A stretch of DNA of 64,000 nt from a virus, in the IMG/VR virus record IMGVR_UViG_3300007708_000003, positions 1 through 64,000 of that record; one strand, given 5' to 3'. Positions 27,189-38,100 of this stretch are shown in pieces. Made by a program: the position numbers and the translations under genes. Below the pieces are notes generated by a model, which was not told the DNA's origin, searched no databases, and saw nothing but the letters and a program-made list of their open reading frames with translations. The stretch's first letter is position 1. The number at the start of each line of letters is the position of its first letter.

Positions 27189-29123
27189 TTATAAACATTT
27201 TATTTTTTCTAAAATCTCTTGATTTGTTAGGTTTGAACCTTGCAATATACTACTTATTTCTTTAGCTTGTATACCAAATTGTTCTTTACTAAGTCTAAAT
27301 GAACTTTGTCCATATAAGTAATTTACAACTTCTGGAGTTAAATTCAAACTATTAGTATCTAATTCTAAGCTGTCTACTTGTTTAGCTTCCATAATTTCTG
27401 CACCTGGTTCAGCAAAACTAAAATATCTATAACCTTTATTTGTAAACTTAAACACATCTTTAATAAATGGATCAAAGTATATAAAATCTACAAGGTCTTT
27501 TAACCTTCCCATTTTTAACTTAGCTTCATATATACCTTTCCAAGTTTTCCAGTAGTTATCAAACTCTTCTATACTGTCTTCTGATTCTTTTGTTCTTACA
27601 AAAAAGTCTACTACTGTTCCTGTTTTTTCAATATGTTTTCCTTTTTTAAATTTACCATCTATAACACCTGAAATTGTAATTGATTCACCTTTTTTATGAT
27701 CTCTACCTACAAAAGCATTTGTTATTTTAAAAGTAGGATATAAAGCTTTAAAGTTTTTATACCATGATTGTTGTTGTATAAGTGGTAAAAGTTCTTTTCT
27801 AACAAGCTCAGGCGTTAAAGCAGTGATGTTATCATTAACAATCTTTAATATCTCTTGATAGGTAGCTTCTGTTTCATGTAGTGACATTGGTATTACAATA
27901 TCAAAATCATGAAATGCCTCATCTTCAGGTCTATATGTTTTACCATATTTTCTTGTTGCTGCAGAACCAGATAATTTAGGACCAATAGTTTTATCTTTGT
28001 TAAGATATATGTTATTTAATATATTATTCATAATAGACATGGCAACAGGATCTGAGTTGACTGATTCTTCATAATCTTTTAGAACTAACTCTTGACCTTT
28101 AGGTGTAATAATCTTATCACCTACCATTTTAAATCCTCTTGTAAACTTAACATAATCTTCTTTATATATATCATCAACCATATCTAATACAAGGTCATTT
28201 AATTTGTCTATATCATATTTCTCAAATCTTTCATTATTAAAAACTTTTTCATTAAGCCAGTTTAATATTTGATTCATCAATCTGATTAATACATTTCTTT
28301 CATATATATTTCTAAATCCTCTTTTTTCAAAGTATTCTTTTGTAACATCTTCAGACAATCTTTTTGTATTAGGTGTAACACCTAAATCATTAAATGTGAT
28401 TAATGTTTGATGTATAAACTCTACAATAGCCATCTTTTTAGCAAAAGGATTTATACCTCTTTCTAATTCATTATTAGCTTTACCCATCTCTTCTGGAGTA
28501 AGGTCCATATAATCTTGTATACTATCATCTAAGTTTTCATATTTATACTGATCATGTATAGCTTGAAATCCTGACCACTGTTCTATATTAAACCACAAGT
28601 CTTTACTTAACTTGTTTTTTCTTCCTAGCATTTCATACATGATATATGCAGCTTGTTTAGGAAGTTCTATTGTTTCTTTATTACTTGCAATAGCTACAAA
28701 CTTTTGCATAACATCTACAGCTGATACAAGACTTTGAGAATTTTTAATTTTGTTTTGAGTTTGTACTTTTAAAAATTGTTCTGCATTAAACATTATATCA
28801 AAGTTCAAAGCTTCTAAAAACTTTTTAGATGCTTCAACAGGTGTATTTTGAAATTCAGTTTGTGGTATAATTGTTACTGGCTCCTGTTTTTCAATTGACT
28901 GTTCATTATTATAATATATTTCTACAAGACTTTGAGGCACATATATATTTCTATCTAACTTACCAGTTGAAGTTTTTGAAAATGTAACAACAGTATCATT
29001 AAACTTTTTGTTTACATCTGCAGCAACTTTAGTTGCATTGACAAGTGACATGTTAAATGCATCACTTGTCATCATCTCAATCTTCTTGGTAATATTCTGT
29101 TTAATTTTTATTTTACAAGGCAT
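27189..29123 (-). CDS. Virion cargo protein with putative Pol-beta-superfamily nucleotidyltransferase domain
   Basis: LSGSAA...HDFDIVI...VDFF...AKLKMGRLKDLVDF; Cys only at residues 3 and 643. Confidence 0.6.
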   Translation of the reverse strand: MPCKIKIKQNITKKIEMMTSDAFNMSLVNATKVAADVNKKFNDTVVTFSKTSTGKLDRNIYVPQSLVEIYYNNEQSIEKQEPVTIIPQTEFQNTPVEASKKFLEALNFDIMFNAEQFLKVQTQNKIKNSQSLVSAVDVMQKFVAIASNKETIELPKQAAYIMYEMLGRKNKLSKDLWFNIEQWSGFQAIHDQYKYENLDDSIQDYMDLTPEEMGKANNELERGINPFAKKMAIVEFIHQTLITFNDLGVTPNTKRLSEDVTKEYFEKRGFRNIYERNVLIRLMNQILNWLNEKVFNNERFEKYDIDKLNDLVLDMVDDIYKEDYVKFTRGFKMVGDKIITPKGQELVLKDYEESVNSDPVAMSIMNNILNNIYLNKDKTIGPKLSGSAATRKYGKTYRPEDEAFHDFDIVIPMSLHETEATYQEILKIVNDNITALTPELVRKELLPLIQQQSWYKNFKALYPTFKITNAFVGRDHKKGESITISGVIDGKFKKGKHIEKTGTVVDFFVRTKESEDSIEEFDNYWKTWKGIYEAKLKMGRLKDLVDFIYFDPFIKDVFKFTNKGYRYFSFAEPGAEIMEAKQVDSLELDTNSLNLTPEVVNYLYGQSSFRLSKEQFGIQAKEISSILQGSNLTNQEILEKIKCL

Positions 29124-29133
29124 GACTTTTTAT

Positions 29134-32100
29134 TTAACAGGTTTCAGATGTTCTATCTATTGAAGGTAAACCTTCAGGATTATTCATTGCAAATTTATCA
29201 CTTGCTAGTTTAAGTATTGCTATTCTATTACCATTGTTTGAATCCCACTGCATTAACTTACCAGTCTTATCAGATAGTATTTGTTGTTTTTCATTTACTA
29301 CATACTTGGTATTGTCATATGTAACTACAACAGCACGCTTTTGTAATACAGCAACATTAGCAAATATCTTATATCTATCTACACCATTTTCTTTGAAGAC
29401 TTCTTTACCATCTTTATTGATAATCTTAGATCCTCTTACAGCATATATTTGTTCTTCTTTACCTTTAGGCGTATATCTAACAAGTATTTCTTTAGGTGAT
29501 TGTGATACTATTTCAGTTAAAGGTTTAGTAACATCTTCAGCAAAAACTTCTTCTTCATATAATACATCAACATATGTCTTAATAGCATTTGTTGTTCTTC
29601 TGCCTGTAGCAATTAAGTTTCTGTAAACTTGTGTTTCTTCTTGACTTAATGTACCAGGGTTAAGAGTGTCTGAGTATGATACATTCTTTTCTAACTTAGT
29701 ATAATTAGCTTTGTAACCTTGAGTATTAATACCTGTTTCAATATTATCCATAAAGTTTTCAGCAAGTGAACTGTATGGTTTTGAAAACTCTTGCGATTCT
29801 TCAACACTTTCTAGTACAAATGTTTGATTATCTATTTTAATAAATGCAGGAAACTCATATACTAATGTTTGATAGTTATACTTTACACCAAACTTTTGTG
29901 CAATTAGCTTATTAATATCATCACTAATACCATCAGTAGATTTTCTAAAATCAAAATTAAGAATATTACTTCTTGTAGATGCTTTAAAAGTTGGTCTACC
30001 ATAATTGTTAGATAATCCAAAAGTAACACCTGAAACAACGCCATCTAAATGTAATTTGATTTCACGTCTAAGAGTATCTTCATAAGCTTCTTTTGGTGTT
30101 GCAGCTTTTAACTTCATCTTCTCTTCATTTATGAATTGTGATTCATAATTGTTTTCAAAAAAATATAATCCTGGAGCTTTTAGATTAACTATGTCTTCAG
30201 AACCAAGTATAGCAATTGTGTTAAATATATTATTCAATACTTCATATGTTCCTTCTTTGTTTTCAGCTGCAATAAAACTTTGTATTACTTGTCCAAAATC
30301 TTTTACTTCATCACCTTTAAGTTTATCTGTAAAGATATTCATGAACTTTGAAACATTTTTAATGTACACAGGATCAAGGAATTGCAAATAAGAATTAGCT
30401 TTATATAACAAACCTGTTCTTGCAAGTTCATGATAAAAAAGTTTACTCATAAATAAAGGTTCTGCAGATGATAAATATTTAGCATCATTTGCAATAGTAT
30501 TTGCAAGATCACCTGCTACTTTAGATTTAGTAGTAAGTCCTATATATGATTCAGTTATTCTTCTATTATCACTTGTTAAAGCAACATTTTTAGTTTTATA
30601 TTCACGTAAGAAAGACAAGAATTTATTGTTAGGATCTTTTTCTTTTAGCTCTGCTAATTCTTCACCTAGACCATGTGTAAACCAATATCTTGCACTAAAT
30701 GCATTTCTTAAGTTATCATCATCCATATCAAGCATTAGTTGATGCATGTCATCTGCTGCTTTTCTACTACCAGGATACTCTGTTCTAAACTTATATAAAG
30801 AAAGCATAGATGTAAGTGTATTAGCAATAATAGACTTATCTTTTAAGCTTGATTTAAATAAGTTAGTAATACTTCTAAAGTAAGGACTTCTTTCTAAGAA
30901 TATTCTACTTGCTTGTTCTTGAAGATCACTTACAATTTCATATTGTACTGACCAAAGTTTATTTTTACTAAAGATTGTGTCTACTATGTCATCTTCTAAG
31001 AATAGTTGTTTAGTTTTTAATTCTACTATGTTTCTATACATGAACTCAAAAGAATTAAAATCAGGTTTAAATGACTTAATAGTATTAATCAAAGATGCTA
31101 TCTGAGATAACTGGAATGATTGCAACCCTTGTTCTTTTATCATCTGTAACAAAATAATCTTTTGTTGCACATCTGATAAAGGTGTGATTGTTTTACCTGT
31201 TATTTCAGTAGTTACTTTTTTGTTTTTAGTAACAGTTTTTTTAATATACTGCAGAGATGAAACTTTTATACCTAGGTCTTCAAGTGACAATGTGTTATTT
31301 AACCATTTGTTTTTATCTAACTCAGATGGGTTAAACTCTAGTACAATATTTTCTTTATTGATTTTAAAATTAGTAACACCACTGTTTCTAGGTATAACAC
31401 CTTGTGCTTTTAATACATCTACAGCTGTAGGATCTGAAGCAATAAGTTTTTTAATTTCAGCATTCAGTGCTCTGTATATACTTAATGACTGAATAGCTTC
31501 ACCTCTTGTAATAGCTTTAGTTGAACTTAATACTTCTTGTGTAGCATTAATAAACTCAGGTATTCTGATCATGTTAAAAATTAAGTTGTCATCTAAACCT
31601 AATGCTGTAGCAGATAGTATAAAGTTAGAATTTGCATCATTTACACCAAGAAGAGCTGGTATTGGATCATTTCCTGCATCAGCAAACATACCAATACTGT
31701 CTCCTACTTTTTGTATAACTCTGTTACCTTTTTTATCTAAAATTCCATATGCACTATGTTCAACAAGTTCATAATCTACAGGTTCTATACTACCTTCTTT
31801 ATATATAGGAATATTATACTTAAATACAACAGCATCTTCTTTAATGTTTCTTTTACCAGGTTTAGTATAAAGATTTATAAAAGAAACTGTTTTATTCATT
31901 ACAGCAGCTTTACCTAAATTTGAACCATCAGATTGACTCATTGATTTAGATGCAATTGTAGCTGCTATAGTATGATGATCATATGGTACGTTATTAGCTG
32001 TATTATTATAATCAACACCTTGATTTGTAAGTACAGCTTTGAAACTATCTGCAGATGCTTTTTGATTTGAGTATAAGTTCTTGAATACTATCTCATTAGA

Positions 32101-35100
32101 CAGTATATCCATTGCACTTGTTAAAAGGTCATTCTGATATACAGGTCTTACTGAATATCTATACTCTGGTTTTTTGTTAAATGTGTTAAGAGATGTAGGT
32201 AAATTATATTTACTAAATACTTTTAGAGTAGCTTCTGTTTTTAACAGTGTTCTATAAAATTCAAAAGCACGTTTGCTCTTATCATATAGTTCAGTTTTTG
32301 CAGTTTTAACAGCATCTATTTCAGCTTGCTTTTCTTTAATCTCAGTAAATATAGAATGCAACTGTCTTCTAGCAACATTATTATTTTTGTTTTTGTTTAG
32401 TTTTTCTTGTAGTGCATCTATACCAGATCTTAACTCATGTTTTGCATCAAACAATGGACCATATGAATCATTATAACTTTGTATAACAGCTTTGAAATCC
32501 ATCTCAGACATTTCTAAATAGTTTTCAAAATCATCTTCTGTAAAGCCATAAAGCTTCATTAAGTTTTTAGCTGCAGTGCTCATTTTATAATCATCAGACT
32601 CTGACAACTTATCAAACTCTGATCTTATAAGTGTTCTGAGATCTTTATCTTTTAACTTGTACTGCATAAATTCTAAAAATCTACCTTGCTCTTCATTAGC
32701 ATATTGACTGTAATCTCCATATAATACAGTTTCACCTTTGAAATCTTCATAAGTATTGTACATCTGAGTGTACAAAGTATCAATATCAAAATCAGAACCT
32801 GCAAGATAGTGTGCTAATTGTGGTAATATAATAGTGTTACCATGTGCAGAGTTTACAAAATCTACAACTTTAACAACAATCATTGAACGCTTGTCCTCAG
32901 TAGGAACACGTTGACCAAAAAACTTGTTAAGTTTTTCAAGATAATATTCTTTTTCTTCTGTACTTGCAAAATATGGCATTGCTACAATAGCTTCTATAGT
33001 GTATACTTTAACACCTTCGCTGTTAATTTCTACACTTACACCAAGAGGTCTTACATGATTGTTTTCATATAGATCAGGATCAGCTTCTATTACTTCTTCT
33101 CTGATTACATTGTTGTTATCATCTACTGTAACATTGTGTCCCCATGAACTTGCATGTATAAACTTGGTCCCTGTAGATTTTTCATCAGTGGCTTTACTAT
33201 ACAATGAAAAGAAGTAGTACTCTAACATCTTTCTTATTGTACCAATGTTTTGATTTATAATAGGTTCACCTTTAGCATCTGTTTTAAATAAATCTTTAAC
33301 ACTGTCTGGTGCATTTTGTGCATCAAGGTTTTCTCTTATAATATCATATATCTGACCTACAACAAGATTATTATTCTTATCTCTTAAAAATGTTTTAGCT
33401 AAATTAAATCCAGCTTCTGCACTGTCATGCATTGCTGTTTCATATCTGTTTAATGCACTTAACAAAGCATCATACTGTAAAGACTCTTCTTTAGTAAAAT
33501 CTCTACCTATAATTTCTCTCATATGCACAATATCTGCAGGAAGTAAAAGTTTTCTTTGTATAGAAATTTTAGATTCATTTTTAACTTTAGATGTTTCTAC
33601 CTGGTTATACTTCCATTCATTGCTTACCAGCTGAGAAGCTATCTCTAAGTTTACATACTCAGAGTCTTGATTCATTTCATTATAGAAATCAATAGGAAAC
33701 ATAGTAGTAGTCTTAGATGCTGTTGGATCAACAACCTGATCAACACCATCTAACTCCATACTGTTTAATAATACATGTAATTCTTTCTTACTCTTTTTTG
33801 CTTTAAAATATTTGTGAGCTTCTTTTATAAGCCTCTGATTTAATAATGCAATATCAGATATACCAGACAGCTCATTGCTTAAACGCATGTTCTGCATTAG
33901 TATTCTGTTGCTGTATATTTCAGAATATATCTGATGCAATTCATCATATGTATTTGCAATGTATTCATCTTTTTGCTCATCAGTTAAACCAGAAGGAACA
34001 ATTAATGTACTCACATCATTTCTGTCAATATAGTCTTCTGATAATTTAAAATATACTGTTCTTGAACCTGTAGCTGTCTTCTTAGGGTTCATGATAATTT
34101 TATCTTTTTTCAGTGTATTAAACTCTCTTTCTGTTATATCTCTATAATGTTTTGCAATAAGTATATCTGTTGCTTCAGGTGAAAGTTTTCCAATAGCTTC
34201 AAAACCATCCATCTGATGCATAATTGATGAATAACTTTGTCCATCAAACACATCAAACATATATGGTTTTTTACCAAAGTTTTCTGCTAATATAGCTTTT
34301 GTTGCATTATCAGTAAATGGATCATTGTTAATTTGATCTATTGAATAATACTGACCAGCTTCTACATATTCTGGATGTAAAAATACTTGAAGTTTATTAA
34401 GTGTAGCAACTTTATGAAATCCATTTTTAAAGTTATTACCTGCAATAATAAATCTTTTGTTTCTTTTAACTAACTGTACAGCACCTTTAACATTCAATGC
34501 TTCATCAGCATCAAACATTTGATTAAACATCAAGGAGTTGTGCATGTGATTAAATACTTTGTCAAAAAGAAACCCTTCAAGATTTATAGATGTAAATGCT
34601 GAACTTGGTTTATAAGTTTTAGTAGCTTCATCATAAGTCATAATTGCTTCTTTACCAGTACCTTTACCATATAAAGAAGACAAGTCTTCTAATCTAAAAC
34701 CTAATTGTATTTGCTGATCATCTGTGATAAAATCACTTGTTATCTTTTTAGTAATGTTTACTCTACCACGATCTTGTTTAAATATACGCTCATTTGTTTC
34801 TTTATTAACACCAACAATTTCTGCAGTATCAACATATTTTATTATACCTTGTTTAGCATAATTTTCTACAGCATAGTTAAACTGATCATATGCATAATCA
34901 TCCAATGTATCTAAAAACTTTTTAGTCTTGTCATCATTATATAACTCATCAAAGTTTACCTGATTAAAAGGTACACCTTGTTTAGCACTATTAATAAGTG
35001 ATTGCTTAATACTTTTATTGTTTTGAAAATACTTAGGTAACTTACTAAAGTTATATGCTCTTAAACTGTTATCTTTTTGATCTTCTACATCCGCAGTTTT

Positions 35101-38100
35101 ATCTTCATTAAAAATAGCATTATACTCACCTCTAAGCATATTATACTTTCTACTATCATATGCTTCTTTTAATACTTTTCTTCTGGACCACTCTTTTCTT
35201 ATTCTTTCATACTCTTGTCCAATAACATTTTTAAATGTATCAGTAATCTTTAATCTACCATTTACTTTGATAATACCTTTTGAGTCTGCAAATTGCTCAT
35301 ATAATCCTGATACTAAGAAGTTAGTTGGAGATGTTTCATTCTGACCATACTGACGCATATAAGTATATATAGTGTCACCACTCTCTGTTACTATCTCATC
35401 CCTTTTTAAGAAAGAGTATATGTCAAGTAAGTGCATGTCTCTTTCTTGCAATTTATTATATGATGTTCCACTGATAGGTTTACCATCTACAAATTGTTGA
35501 GTACCACCATATAAGCTTATGTCAAAGTTTTTGATAAATGTATTTAACTTATCATAGTTTCTTTTAGCTAATTCTCTTGCAGCAGTTTGTTCTGCAGTTT
35601 CACCTTTTTTCTTTTTAAAAGCTGTTTCAGGATTAGGTATCATCAACTGAGATAACAATACATTGTCACCATAAAAAGATTCTAAAAAGTTGTTAAACTC
35701 AAAATCATCTTTTACAAAATCTACAAATCCTTCTTCTCTTAATGTTTTAACCATATAGATAAGAGGAGTATATTTTACATATCTGTATATAAGTTTACCC
35801 TCAGCATTTCTTACAACGCTTGGTAATTCTGTTGGATCATATTTTACAATATACTCAGAAGCTTTTCTAAGAATAGAATTGAATGCACCATACTCTTTTG
35901 ATGCATCATCAAATTTCTTATTTAAAACAGCAGGAGCAGGTTTTGCTTTAAGTATATCATAGACATTGTTAAAGAAACTTTTAGTCAAATATTTATCTGA
36001 CTTTATAAAGTTCTCATTTATTTCTAAATGATTTTTTACAGTTTTATTGTATATTGAAACATTTCCACCATTTTCTTTTGTTTCAATGCCTATAAGAGAT
36101 AATCTAACTAATGACTTAGGAACATTTAGTCCTACATCTTTCATTGCAGTATGCAATCTTTCAGTAAGTTCTTTTAATATTTTATCATTATATTTTTTAC
36201 CTGTATCTAATATTAATTTTTGAGTTTTGATTTCTGCTAATATATACACTAACTTTTGTATTTTATCTTGATAATCACTAGATGTATACTCATTATTATA
36301 TTTATACAAGAAGCTATCTACAATATCTTTTTTCTTTTTGTTAATGTCTTCATATAAGATTTTATCTTTTAAAGAAATCTTACCAGCTGCAATATAACTA
36401 TCACCCTGTTCATCTACTTTGTTTTCAAAAGACAAGTTAAATAACGCGTAGTTCATTGCTGTAACATGCAATACTTCAACAAACATATTATATAACTGTT
36501 TGTTTTTTGTTGCCATGTTATTACTATCCAGACCAGATGCTTTTTTAAGATTGTTGTATATGGTCATGATGTCATTACCAGCTTTTACATTACCATCATT
36601 AATCATAATCTCAGCTGCATTAAGCAACTGATCAATAATTTTATCAGGTTTAACATCACTAGTAATTTTTAACAATATTGGAAACAATGTAGCACCATCA
36701 ATAACACGTGGAAGTTTTACACCAATATACTTTTCATGTGGAGCATAGTACATGTTGATAGCTAAGAACTTCTTAATCTGATTTGGTAAAGACTCTAATG
36801 TATTCTTTTGTACAAAATTATCAAAGTCTTCAGTACCATCTTCACCTAGTTCTTCATCTGCAGTATCTTCAACATCTTTAACAACCTCTTGTTCTTGATT
36901 GGCAATGTTTTGCATTGTTTCAGCATCAACGCTTGTATCATCAGCTTCCTCTAATTCAGAAAGCAAGTTGTTCAATGTTACGTATTGTTTTTTAACAGTC
37001 TTACGTAACAAATCATTGGATACTTGACCATTAGTATTATCTAAAACATCTGTTGTTAAACTGTCAACATAGTCATTTGCTTCAGACATGAAGTTATAAT
37101 TTTCATCTCCTGTAAGGTTTATATCAAATACTTCTTTGTTTTGAAGTTTAGCTCCTAGTATAAATCTGTATTGTTTGTATAAATCATTTAACTCCTCAGT
37201 AAGTTCATCTTTACCTTCTTGAGTATTTTCTTGTGCAGTAACAATATTTATATCTAGCACATTGTCTAATAAATGTTTTGTAGCAAGATCAAATTTCTCA
37301 TCAAAAGATAACTTAGTATTGTTATTGTTTAATACTTCATACAACACCATCCCAGTCAATTGATTTGCATGGAATGAGTCAAGTGTGCTATCTTTATACT
37401 CTACTTGATTTGTAATACTATTATTGTATATAACAGGTAGTCCTGGTATTGCTAGATATTTAATATTACCTTCATCTGCAATCTCAGCAACTTGTCTGTT
37501 TGCATACTTACCACGTTGTACATTTCTAAATGTAGAATCTATTACATCAGAGTTTCTGCTAAACATTCTTAATAAGTTGCTTAACATCTTAAAGAATCTT
37601 TCCAATAATGTTTTTGGAGCATTCTCTTTAATCATATAGTTTTGGAAAGCATCAGCTAATATTTCTTCAGCTTGAAGTTCTCTTAATCTTTCTAATGACT
37701 CTGTGTAGTTTCTATCTTCAGCAAATTTATTTAATGCATCTTCAGTAAACATTTTTGCATACTTAGAATTGTTATACACAGATTCTAATAATGCTTGTCT
37801 TTCTCTTGCATTCATCAAGTATTTAAACACTCCGTGGAATGCTTCATGATATGCAGTACCTTTTGCTTTTAAAGTATCATTTAAGTATATAAACTTATCT
37901 TTTATAAAACCAAGTACAGTAGGATTGATTTCTGTTAATGCATTAATATCTTCTATATCTAAAAGATTTAATCCAAACATTGAGTATGTTCTTTGTAACC
38001 ATGCAATCTCACTTGCCCATTCTTGTTCTGACGCAGTATCAAAACCTTCACCTATATCTATAGAAAAATAGTTATGTAAACCACCTGATTTTTTAATAGG

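Noticed and set aside
37600-37900. Zincin domain fused to the virion RNAP as a novelty
   Set aside because: A zincin-like domain associated with crAss-like RNAP proteins is already known; kept as annotation only
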